DNA of 63,831 nt, filler included, from Aduncisulcus paluster (Eukaryota), in assembly GCA_024181965.1 (NCBI GenBank). It is 6 parts of 6 records of this genome, joined end to end, with 100 filler letters (N's around TTAATTAATTAA, not from the genome) between each part and the next. Parts side by side here need not be neighbours in the genome. Positions count along the whole stretch, not along the records: positions 1 to 26,505 come from BQXS01012317.1; 5 more parts are not named here. The stretch is one strand, 5' to 3'. The stretch's first letter is position 1; the number at the start of each line of letters is the position of its first letter. Below are positions 1-12,416 of this stretch, piece by piece. The translations under genes were made by a program, and so were the position numbers. Under the pieces are notes generated by a model. That model ran no database searches and was not told the DNA's origin. It saw only the letters and a program-made list of their open reading frames with translations.

Positions 1-3000
1 ATGGTAACAGGAGAATGACAAAGAATCCACAAGGAATGCAGCGGTTACAGCAGCAGCAGTTCCATCACCATTCTCATCATATACAAGAGTTTTCCCACCT
101 TTGACGAGACCACTTCGGATGAAATCGAAACAAGCTTCGAGTGAAATGACAAATTTTTTCAGAGAGAAAGAAGTGGAGTTTATGTTTGAGAAAGAAGCAA
201 GGGCAGTGTCAGCAAATGTTAAGGATTCCATTTCATTTTCTCCGGCAGGGATATCAGGAGTTTCCTCTTCTTCTTGTTGTTCTTGCCCGTCTTGTCCAAC
301 TTTTCTCAGTGTTTTCACGTCCAGTTGAACACTTTCACGCAAGACCCTGTTGATTGTCAGAGCTTTGATATTGGGCAGATGTGGAGTTGGGTGTGAAGTG
401 CAGTTTAACACACGGGTGAAGCCGAGGGCATGTAAAAGAGTCTGGGATTCAACAAGTTTGCGGCTTCCAAGATACAAATAATTGTTCACACGAGATGGAA
501 ATGATACAAAAGATGAAGAAAAGGCCAATTGAGTAAACATATGGGATGAAGTAAACAAAGATCGTGACAATTGTTGGTTTTTCTCAATTTTTTTCAAATG
601 TTTCATGCGAATCTTCTCCATTTCTTGCTTCAAATATTTCCCACGCTCTCCTCTCTTCCTTCGCTCACGAATTTCAATTCTTTCCCTCTCTTTCTCTCTT
701 CTCTCCTCAATTTCAGTCCTTAACAAGTCCTTGGCATGCTGTAGTCCATTCACATCAAGACACACTCTTAACTGGGTTATATCGGGCATCATGGGATTAT
801 TAGGATCGTCATAGATAGAGAAGTCAAAGAACTGAATGTTTTCTTGCAGTTTGAAGGCACCTTGCAGACCATCAATGGGATGAACATCTCCTTTATAAAC
901 CTTTCTGACTTGGAAAAGCATCGTTTGGTAGTATGTTTCAAGCTGCTGGACTGATGGCCGTCTAGTTTCATCTCTAATGAGAACTTTCTCAAGAAAATCT
1001 ATAAATGGAGGGAAGTTTCCAAGCATAGCACGTTTCTCTGGACTAAGAACACTGTTGGTCTCACCAGTTACCCTGACAAAGAACCTGACCCAATCTTGAT
1101 CGTAGAAAAGGAAATCTCCGGTCATAATTTCAAAGAACAAACATCCCAGAGCCCAAACATCAGCCCCACTCCCAACTCCACTTTGCTTCCTCCTATCCTT
1201 CTTCCTATTGCTAAGAGTCAACATTTCTGGCGGTTTCATGTATTCTGTCCCCTTGTTTTCAAGCGTGTAACTTGCCTCTTTGTTGGAAAACAGGATAGAC
1301 TCTCCAAAATCTCCAATACACAGTGAGATGGGAAGAGAGAATGTGGACCAAGAAGGTGGAGACATCACAGATGATTCCATGGAGAAAGAGTCGATTGGGG
1401 GCGGGAAAAGAAGAGGGTGTGAGAGGACTGAAAAGGGGAGTTCCAAGTTTGGGGCTATTGTTGATGTGGATAACGAAGATGCACTATTACGCAACGAAGG
1501 TTTTGGAAGAGTTTTGGAGAATGAATTTGGTAATTTCAACGCAGGTACTTGCTGACCATCTTCGAGATCAACTTCTTCTTCTTCTTCCTCCTCCTCCTCT
1601 TCCTCCTCCTCCTCTTCCTCTTCCTCCTCTTCTTCTTCCTCGTCTTCTTCGTCGATATTCTTAGGATCCACAAAGAAGTTGTCCCCCTTGATATCATAAT
1701 GATTCACTCCACCTTGGTGGAGAACTTTAACGCATTTCACACACTCTCCAAAGAGTCGTAAGAGAAGCTCAAGGTAACACATCATGGTTATTTCGTGCCC
1801 AAAGGGAGTCATTGGCTTGGAACGCTGTGTAGAGGATTTGTAGGGGAGAGTGAATGGACTCGAGAGAAGTGGGAACAAAGGATGAGTGTTGATCTTTGTG
1901 TAAGTCGAAGAAGAGGTTTCTTCATACACCTGGCGACTCTTCTTTTGCTTCTTTCCGAGAGATGGTGACTTGATCTCTTCAAAACTCTTCAGAATGGATT
2001 CACACAACGAACTACCAGGAGTTGGAGCACGAACCATTAGTTGTAGACGCCATTGTCTGAGACTCATTGCATATTTACGCTGGATAATGTAGTAGTGACT
2101 CAATGTACAACCGTAATCATACAATTGACACACATATCTGTTTCCACGGAATTTTTCCATAACTCCAATCTCATTGAAAATATCATGCAGAACAGAACGC
2201 TCAGTTTTCCCGGTGGGATGAACAAGCAGTTTCACTGCAACTTCAGTTTCATCCTGAGTTTTGAACAATTTTGATAAACTTGAGTTCTTTGTATCATTGA
2301 TTCCATCAAGACAGGCGTGGGCATTGTAAACAGTCGCATATGCCCCGCTCCCAAGCTTTTTGGCTGAACCACGTGTGTAGAGATTAACAGAAAAGAATCT
2401 TCTTGAGAGAAGACGAAGAATTCTGAGTGTACCAGCATGACTTTGACTATTTTGGACTTCTTGAAGCACAAGGGGTAAGATATGTTCGTTAAGAGGGTGA
2501 TTCAAGTGATAATACAGCACGTAAGGGATGTGTGGTTTACCTTCATTAGCTGGATACTGAGCAGTATATAAAGTGTCCAAACATTGATCTTCATTGACTA
2601 TCAACTCGAACAACAGACACAAACATTGAGCATGCAGAGCATCATTCTTGTAGACAAACCTAGATTCTCTTTCATTCATGAATTCCTTCTTCTGGCTTTC
2701 CTGCTGTTTCATCTTGGCATTACTCCATCCTTCAACAGATCCGATACCACTGGGACGGTGGGTCTCCCTCGAAGAATTTCCCTTGAGAAGTTGAGATTTG
2801 GGGTTCATTCGATCAATGTGATAGATTGATTCCTCATCTCGACTTGATCTGAGGGAAAATCTATTAGATGAGAGGTCGCCACGACTGGTTGTTGTGGTGG
2901 CAGAATACTCAGAGTTTCCACTGGAGATACCGAGATGGTACTGGCCACGTTCAGATGTATCTTCTCTCCAACTCTCCCTTTCTCTGGCACTCAGAAGAGC

Positions 3001-6000
3001 TTCAACTTCTCTGGCTTCTTCTCTGAAACTCGTAGAGGTAGGCAAAGCCAAGGGTAGAGAGATGGAGGGAATGCCGGAATTCTGTTTGCCAGTGTTTGGC
3101 TGAGACATATCTTTGTCAGATGAAGAATGGCGAGTGATATCATCTTTGGCTATCAAAGAAGTCAACACAGGAACATTCCTGCCGACTGTTTGCTTGTGTT
3201 CCTCAATTTCAATCCTACGTTGTTCAATGTGAATGATATCATCGTCAGTGTGACTGTCATCAGTGTAAGAAGCTGTGTATGACCGACTGCTCCTTCCCGA
3301 TGTCATGTCAGAACGACTCGTCGAATTCCTCCCTGTATTTGGCATATCCCTAGAGCTTGACATGGGAGAAGTGGCCATATATATCTTAGGTAGCTTGGAG
3401 CCTTTCTTTGGTGATCCATCAGTTCCAGTGGAACTCTCGTATGTCCGAGTTGTGTCATTTTCATTCTGGGAATAATCCTTTTGAACATCAGTCGAATATC
3501 CAGTGTTTTCAGATGTGGTTACCTCCTTAATGGAACCAATTCCCATTGTATTGCTCTTTGAGTTGCTTGTCTCGGCATCTTCAGCCACCTCTTCCACAAT
3601 GTCGTGTGTGAGACGAGCAGTATGACGGAGGGAATTGATCAGATCATGGTATCTGGGAGAGGGAGAAGGCTCCTCACTGATGGCAACACCAAGTTCACCC
3701 GGAAGAGTCGATTTACGTTCACGGAACCTGGCAGACGAGTGTGGAGAAGAGGAAGAAGAACTTGTAGACCGTTGAGTGATCATAATATCAGACAATTCAT
3801 CTTCATCTTCATTATTAGTGGAAATGTGCAGAGGAGTAATGTTGGGAAGAGAAGAAGTGTGGTTGGTGGTTGTAAATAAATATTTGTGCGCTGGAGCTTT
3901 ACAATCAGATAATGAACTTGATCTACCCTTTAGTTGATCATCAGAAGATGAATGATGTTTCTCTTCTTCTTCTTCTTCTTCTTCTTCTTCTTCTTCTTCT
4001 CCCTCTTCTTTTTCCTCTTCTCCTTCTTTACCAGAAGGAATGGATTTAATATTATCAAGATTCGAAGGACCACTCGATTTCTCTCTTTCTTCTTCTTTTT
4101 GTTCTTCAATTTCCTCCGAACCATGTACATTTTGTTCACTTTCATGGTTTTCTGCCGATTCTGATTGATATTCCTCCTCTTCTTCTTCAATTTCTTCCAT
4201 CTCTTCCTCTTCTTTCCCTTCGTCACTCACTGAAAATGATGCAGAAGCATTTCCCTTTGAATGCTCACGAGAACCATCAGAATACTCTTCTTCAGAATCT
4301 CCGGAAGAGCATGTGAGGAGATTAGTTCTTTTCTTTTTACCAGAAGTATCATATTTGGAACCAGAATAATCAATTTGATCAATCTTTTCGAGGGAATTGT
4401 CAGTGTTATCATTATCTTGATCAATTATAGCTGCTAATTCTTCTTCTTTCCTTTTGCTCTCCTCTTCTTCCCTCTTTCTCAGTTCAATTTCCATTTGCTT
4501 CAGCTTTTCTCTCCTCTCATTTTCCATTCTCCTTTCGGCCGATCTTCTTTTCTCTTCCTTTTCCCTTTTCGCTTCCATCTGTCTCTCTCTTTCTTCCTGG
4601 ATTTTCTCCTCTCTCTCTCTCCTCTCTTCCATCTCTCTTCTTTCCTCCTCTAATCTCCTTCTTCTTGCACTCTCCATACTTTCTTGGACCTCCTCATCCT
4701 CCTGCTCATCCTCCTCGCTATAGTAATACTCATATTCAGCACACCAACCATCTTTTCCCTCAGTTGTTCCAATGGTTAAAGTTGGGAAAGAGGGGTATGA
4801 AGGGGCATCAAGAGGGGAGATGGCATTAGTTCTGCCTTGATGAAGAGAAGAAAGACCATCAGTGAGAGCACGAGAACGTCCAGACTTGATCCTCGATTTC
4901 TTTGCAATTGTGATGCGACTCACCATAAAATCAGAGGAATCAACACTCCCATCGTCGTCAGAAGGAAATCGGGACACCCTTTGCTTCTTCTGTTTTTCAT
5001 AAACGGTGGAAGATGGCATGGCCCTAAAGGATACTTTCTTCTCCTTGTGTTTGTACGACGGTTTTTGTTTTGAGGGTGATCCAAGTTTAGATTTAAGATC
5101 AATAAGTCTTGACTTTTGTTGACTTTTTGATCTTGGTTGCATTTCTTTGACCATAGGTTTTGACCTTCGAGTTTCAAGACTGGATTTAGCTCCTTCACGA
5201 CTTCTTTTCTGAGCCAAAGAAGGAAGGTTTGAAGAAGAGCGTGATTTTGAAGCGGCAGCTCCAGCTGAACGAGTCAATTTGGCCTCCATGTCTTTCCCAT
5301 AAACTCCATGAGATGAAATGGGTTTGCCACGAATAGGTTGAGAGTGGGCGAGATGACCATATGAAGCTCTAATAGGCTGTTTAGTGGCAGAAGGAGTGAC
5401 CATCGATTTCGATGTAATCCCATTCCTTGCATCGCTGACTCGAATACGAGTCTGAGCAGTCGATACACCACGGTAACTCCTCAAGGATGACCCAGGCTTT
5501 TCCTCTGAACTCTTACTACTCTCCCCTTCATCCAATTCACGCGAAGTTGAGAGTCTTTGGCTCTTCAACGATCTGATAGGTTTTTGCAGGAAGGGGAGGT
5601 TTGAAGCTCCACTAGGCCTTGCACTAACACCATATGGTCTACGTTTTGCTGCAGCAGAGGAAGAAGAAGAGCCGGATAGCTTGGATCCACGAGGTCTGAA
5701 GTAGGATACACCAGGAGAGACAAGAGACACATTGGGAAGAGAGGGAGGGGAAGTTGGAGGAGAAACATCATCAAGGGCTTCCCCACGCTCAGGGAATACA
5801 AGACCAAAGGAGAGACCAAGTGATGGTGGTTTAGAATTGGTTTTCCCTTGACCATTCTTACTGCCCGTAGACTTATCACCAGAGGACAAAAGGGGAAGTT
5901 TCAGTGCGAGAGGAAGGGACAAGGGTTTAGAGGTTCCAACGGGTTTGGTACCAGCTACACCTTCGTTGTTAGATTGATTGATACTCTTTCTATCAAGAGA

Positions 6001-9000
6001 TGATTCCTCATCATTCTCAATAAATGAGATTGTTGGAATCAGAGATGGAATATTTTGGATATTATCATCCATTCCATCGTCCTCAAGTTCATCTTCTTCT
6101 TCATCAGCTGTTGTGTCTTTCTTTTCCTCACTATTATCGGCTTCAAGTTCAAGACAATGGAGGAGAAAGTTAACGATACCATACTTGGCCATAATAAAAC
6201 GAACACATTCGGAATGGGTTGATGTCAGAGCTCGCAATAACCTAATGATGGCCATTGCCAAGGATAATATGGAAGGCGGAAGAGAAAGTGAAGAGTCTGA
6301 TACCGTCAGAGATGTGAATGACACTCCCATGGAACTAGAAGATGGCGTATTTGGATTATTATTCATGTTCATTGATGGAGATAGAAGAGGCATGGAAGAA
6401 GGAGACATTGGATTGGCAGATAAGAATTGATGAGAGTTCAATGTTCGAGAGATTGGATTCATATCTTGGTTTACAACTGAAAGTCCGGAATCTTGTTCGT
6501 TGGATAATAACAAACTGGGGTCATCACGGCGTTCTGAGATGGCAACCAATTGAATCAAACGAACAAATACAGCACTAACCACACCTTCAACAAACATTTG
6601 ATTCTTTCCCAGCGTTGAAAAGGGAAGTTTAATCCAAGAAGCAACCGATTTCAGGAGTACAGAACAAACTTCCATCGTATCTGGTTCCATATCACACAGA
6701 GAGAAATACTGCATGACAATTCCAGTGTGGAAATTGATAACAAACGCGTATTTCTTCTCTAGTTTGGCTACAAATGCTGATGGAGAGAGTCCTCCCAACG
6801 GCTGATTTGGAGAGAAATCAGGTGGCGCAGTTGTGGGATGGATATTATCTCGTCCAGTTTCCCATATCCTCCCACTTACTTTTGCACTCATAATCTCACC
6901 TCCACTCCTGTAAATATCACTGAAACCTTGGGTTCTCGCTGTCAAAGGTGCACCCGCAGGCAAGAGATCACGTGCAGAGAGGGAATCAGGGTCAATAAAT
7001 TCTGACATGATTGATTGACCAGTTGAAGAAGAATTACTTCTAGCCGTTGTCATGAACAAACTACCCCTTCTCTTATCATCACGGGCAGAGTATTGGTTCG
7101 AACCAGCAACATGGGGGACAATTTGGTGGACGTAACGAGTATCATTGCGAAGAACCCTATCAACAACGGAACATACAAGAGATAGATATCTGGCAACATT
7201 ATGACGACATACAAACACACGTTTATGGCCAATAACTTCACCATGTTCTTCCTTGAGATCAGAAAATACTCGATCATTCAGTAAAATTGTGTGAGCATAC
7301 CGCTTGAACCAAGATAGAGTAGATTTCGACATGATAATTGTTGAAATAAGCATGTTATCAGTGTTTGAAGAAACCTTAATGCCCATGATACTATTCAATA
7401 TATTCACTAGAGCATCACACAAATCGATATACAAGGATCTAGAAGTCAAAGAACGGGCTGATTTATGTACAAATGTTCGTAGAGCAAGAATACAGTCAAA
7501 ACCACATGAAAAGAAAACAGAGAGCAATGTAGATGATAATGATGAGCTCAAATACACTGCAAGACTTTGAATCATAGCCACGAGTTCCTCCATGGCACTC
7601 AAAGGAGGAGTATCAACCTGTAGTACCCTTCGAATACGCGACAAGAAGAAGTAGAGCATTGAGTCTGGTGGATTATTCAATAATGAAGGCTGGACTCCAC
7701 AACTTTCTGGAGCATGAGAAGGAATAGATGAGTGAAGTGAAGATTGACTAGGGAGTGCAACGGCAGAAGAAGGAGTAACTAGGCCCAAGTGAGGATGGAG
7801 GGGAGAACGATTCGAGTTTGGAATCATAAGAGTCGTCCCGTCTCCAAATGGAGTAAAGCTTCTTGCAGAGGAAGCAGTGGGAATAGCAGGAGCCATTTTG
7901 TTACAACTACCAACGACCACATCAACCCCATGAATGAAACGAATTGATTGTTTTTGAGTTTGAATTAAAAATGCGAGTGTATTTGATGAGAATGAAGATA
8001 AATAAAGACAAGCACACACGAGGGGGAGATGGGAAGAAATATGAGGAGAAAATAAGGAAGGAGCAGTCAACGCTGGAGGAAATAGAAGATCAGATTCAAG
8101 TGGATCCTGCTCATCAATTGGCAATGAAGGGTCAGAAGAAGAAACAACCGAATTCATTGCCGAATTATTGGACATCATACTCGCATGTCGTTGAATCAGT
8201 TCATTGACGAGGAGGGTCGTTTTCTCATTCCGCATTCCAAGTGTTTCCTTGCCAATATTGCGGTACACGCTATATACATATGATCCAACAGTCACTTGGA
8301 ACATGACAATATCTTCTGCATATGAAGTATCTGTAGAAAAAAGTGATAGAATTAGGAATATCATTGATAATGAGAATTCATAAGTGTAGATAGACATGGT
8401 ATTCGCAAGACATGAGATTGGAAATCTTGCAGATTCTTGCAAAGCTACAATACTTTTGTGTTGAGCGAGAGAATCTGGGTGCTGGGTGGTCAAATCCGAC
8501 AGTGCGTTGATACCATCCACTCTGAGTACAGATGAGAGAACAGAAGATAGAGTACGAGTGTGCAGATGTTTCCTGAGAGTTTTCAAGGAAGCAGCCACAG
8601 AGGAGGGAGTGCAGAGAGATAAAGGAAGGAGAAGAGGAGATATCGAAGCAAGAGAAAACCCAGAATCATGCATAGAATTGGCCAAGGAAGCTGGAACAGC
8701 AGCAGAATCAATCGATCTTACAGCAACAGACGATGTAGAGTTGCTTTCACGTTTTTTCTTGGATTTCCTTTTGGATTTCTTTGAACACTTTTCACACACT
8801 TTCATCAACGATGAGATATTCTTACACACAAAGAAATGCCCAATACCTTTTCCAATCCTCTCCATTTCATCCTTTCTTCCCTTCTCAAGCTGTACAACTT
8901 CAATCAACCGGTCAAACACACGATCTGTGTCAGCTTCATCATCATCCAAGGCAGCAGCATACTCAAATCGTCTTCTTCTGATACCTTGGTCATCAACAAC

Positions 9001-12000
9001 AATATCCAATTCGTCTAAATCAAGGTAAGGGACACACCGAGGCCTTGGTGGATCTTTCTTCAATTCTTGACCGAGCTGTGAAAACCGACTACGAAGATTC
9101 CTCCCATAATTTGGAGCTGCAATGAAAGAAACATCGGATGCAACACCAGAAGACTCACCATCAGGATCATAAGAGGTCGATTCTTCGATAGATCCACTTT
9201 CAGAGCTCTGTGCAACACTTGAATCAGCAGAATAAGCCGAATAATAACTATAATTATACTCATATTCCTCGTATTCCTCGTATTCCTCAAATGGTTCATT
9301 GATCCCCACTCCTTTGGCATCTTCGACACTCATATTCTTTGATGAACTCCTATGGTGTCTACGGTCATCCTCAGATTCAATTCGAGAGTCCTCTTCATCT
9401 GAAATATCATAAGAATTCTCCCCATCTTCTTTTGAATGATCAGAGGAGATGACATGTGTCGGGTCTTGGATAGCAAATGGATTGTCATTGTTCCGAAGAG
9501 ACTTAGACTGTGTCGAAGAAGAGGAGAAAGTATGAACCTGGGGGACCGATTCGAATCGGACAGATCTACTAGTTTCATAATCAACTCCCACTTGTCCATT
9601 ATATTCCTGTTGAGAATCTTCGTGGCCAATCATGCTCCAATCACCAAGAGAAGCGATAGTCGATGTCTTGGGATCTTCTTGAATGTTGCTACACTCGCTC
9701 ACACTTTCATGACCATTTTCCCCAGAGATTGGGCTTCCTTCAGCCGAATATCCTTCCATTTGCTCGTCCGATTCACTATGCATGAGGCTGGCACCTTCCA
9801 TGAGGTTGATATTCTCAACACCATAGTCTGCAAGGACGGACAATGGCATTGCTTCATCATGTTTATGACCTCCAAGTTGCTCTTTCCGAGAGAGTACACC
9901 CACTCGTATCTTATCAACATCTTTGGCTTGGATTTGCAATTGTTTCATATCTTCATCGACTTCCTCTTCTTCTTGCGATTCACGAGACTGAGTGGATGAA
10001 GATGTGGGCCGATCAGACACCCCCTCAGATCCTTCAGAAGAAGAAGACGACGTGATCGACATATTATCTGTGCATTTGGAGTCATGTTCAGGGCGCATTA
10101 AGATTGCATTCACAGACTCTAGATCGGGTAAGTGGGAGAGAGCATTATGTTTAGGATCATCTTGTATTGTTCCAGTGTGTGTGTGAATGGACTGACGAAG
10201 CCAATGGAATCTCCTCATGCATCCCATGATGAAGTCGTTTATCGGCCATGAATTTACGACCAGCACTTGCATAATGATCGTCCATGTCCTGATCTCCTCC
10301 GATACCTGAAGCAACCTTAGCAAGACTACTCGAGCTAAAGTCACTCATGGATTCACTTTTGGCTCTAAATGCCTTGAAATCTTCGGGATTACCGGGAAAT
10401 CCAAGCAATTCCTTTGTCAATGATGAACTATCCAAAGTTGCTTGTGAATCAGTTGTATTAGATCCAAATTGTTTCTGCCAAAACTCAGCCTGTTCTCCAT
10501 CCTTTAATAAATCCAGTGATTTTTGTCCAAATTGAATGGGAGTTGAAGAAGATTCTTCAATAGTTTCCTCATCAGCAATATGATATGGGTCTGGATGTTT
10601 TTGATCATGCCGATTTCCATCATCATTATTATTCCCTTCACTTCTTTCCTCTTCTATTTCATTCTCCATTCCTTCAAAATCCTTAAGATTGGCTACGTCT
10701 CCTTCCTCACCAATTCTTGACATGGGCCCAAGAGCCTTTCCAAACTTACTGCTAGCAACACCCCGTTTGTTCCTATTCTTCTTTAGAGCATCTTGAATCG
10801 TGTCAATACGATGGAAAGTATCTCCACCAGGAAGGAAATCAACATCACGAACACTTTTCATACTCATTGTACTGATAATACTATGATTGGACATTGCAGA
10901 AGACTCTTCTTCTTCTTCTTCCTCTTCCTCTTCGCCTTGTCCAGTGGATTTGCGCACTCTCTTCCTTTTCCCACCCGGTTTCTTCCAGAGAGACGACGAG
11001 GCAGGCATTATGAGACTTACAAGACTCGCGTCAGATCGAGCGCTATCAAGATCATTTGAAAAATCCTCAGCCTCTGAGTGACTTGGTTTCCTTACAGGGA
11101 GAGCTTCAGTGGGGGTGAATTGAATCTGTGGCAATGAGACGAGGAGAAGAGACTCTAAAAGTGGGAAAATACCGTTCATAGCTAAGACACGGCGACAATG
11201 AACTTGTTGGGAGAGTAGAAATAAGGAGAAAAGAAGAGAGGCAAGGCAATGAGATGGAGGGGGCATTTGACTTGGTGTTTGAGAAGGAATATCAGAAGGA
11301 GACAAAGCTGATATGGAGACAGATTTGCCTTTCTTCGATTTTTGACTTTTTTTAGCAGATTTATCGGCTATTATAGAAGATTTTAATTGACCAGATAACT
11401 TTTCTTGCTGGCATTTTATAGTTTCGGATAATACTTGAAATTGACGTTGTACAAGGGCAGATAAGTCCAGCATATCAACGCCAATATTAATTAAACGTTT
11501 CCTTTCTGCTTCTTTTCTGCGCTCCTGTTCCATAATATCCATCATATAACGAAATTGATAAAGCAAAATTCGGCATACGGTAGGATTATCTAATGTTGTT
11601 ATAATGGCTTCAAAAAGTAAAAATATTGGAGTTTTATCTTTTTTAGCTAATAGTTTGATTGAAGTATATGACAATGCTTTGGTAAATGATGAAATAAATT
11701 GAGTTGTATTGAAATATGATAAATCAACATCGTATCTTGGTTCTACGACATGTTGTATTAATTTTAGGGTACTTTCGGTACGTTTTAAATAATTTGAAGA
11801 TAATAAATCATGAGATAGTGATTTTATAGTCTCTTTTTCTGTATGCTAAGGAATAGAAAGCAAAACAAAAATTAAATTTAAAAAGGGCATTTTAAATGCA
11901 ATTAAATACAATATTAATGAGTAATTATTAAATGAATTTTGGTATTTTGGGAGATAAATTGAATTGTAGAAAAACATACAGAATGATCTCGTGAAGCACA

Positions 12001-12027
12001 AGCAAAACATTTAAATCGTGAAGACAT
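1..12027 (-). CDS. Giant (>3,900 aa, 3' end beyond window) protein: helical and low-complexity N-terminal region, non-RD Ser/Thr kinase domain (~940-2370) and C-terminal dual-specificity-phosphatase-like domain (<1-~510)
   Basis: The minus frame appears open from 10344 to position 1. I spot-translated it; the ORF track lists no terminated ORF in this frame, as expected if it has no stop in the window. Manual translation gives KKLGSGAYATVY (2329-2352), EVAVK (Lys 2230-2232), HYDIKGDN (1678-1701), DFG (1303-1311), GTEYMKPPE, ADVWALGCLFFEIMTG, then FPSRVNNYLYLGS, TRVLNCT and KTLVYDENGDGTAAAVTAAFL. Exon 1 is 12027-11980, intron 11979-11846, and exon 2 includes the 505-aa ORF. Frame break at the (CA)n run ~10175-10185. 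Confidence 0.85.
11846..11979 (-). other. Spliceosomal intron, 134 nt
   Basis: GTATGT...CCTTAG, AT-rich. Splicing joins a 16-codon ATG exon (MSSRFKCFACASRDHS) in frame to the 505-aa ORF frame. Confidence 0.8.
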
Positions 12028-12416
12028 GATATTATTAACTTAATATCATATAAAAAATTGAAATAAATATCTTCAATGAATAATTTGCGAAAGAAAACAG
12101 CTCTTGAGTAGCATATAAAATCGTTAAGATGATTTTTTGACTTATTTTATTTTCCAAATGTTATTTATAAATGAAATATGCCAATAATATTCTATTATTA
12201 CAAAAATTTGACCCTTCAGCATCCCTGAATTGTCCCTCAGTATCTTTAACCATAATGAAACATATAAAATGGATTTTGTTTTTTCAATGGTAATATATAT
12301 TGTATTATATTGACGAATAGATCATATATCGATTCAATTTTTATCAACACAAAGAATGCTGAACTCGCTTATTTTGTTGGAATTATTTCCTATTTTAGGA
12401 TCCAATCTTTATAATT

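Noticed and set aside
3930..4730. Poly-Phe, poly-Lys and poly-Ser short ORFs
   Set aside because: Shadow frames of the Glu/Arg-rich coding region of the giant minus-strand gene.
1..10150. Apparent 10-kb gene desert or non-standard genetic code
   Set aside because: It is one long minus-strand frame with no stop inside the window. Genes elsewhere end normally in TAA or TGA, so no code change is needed.
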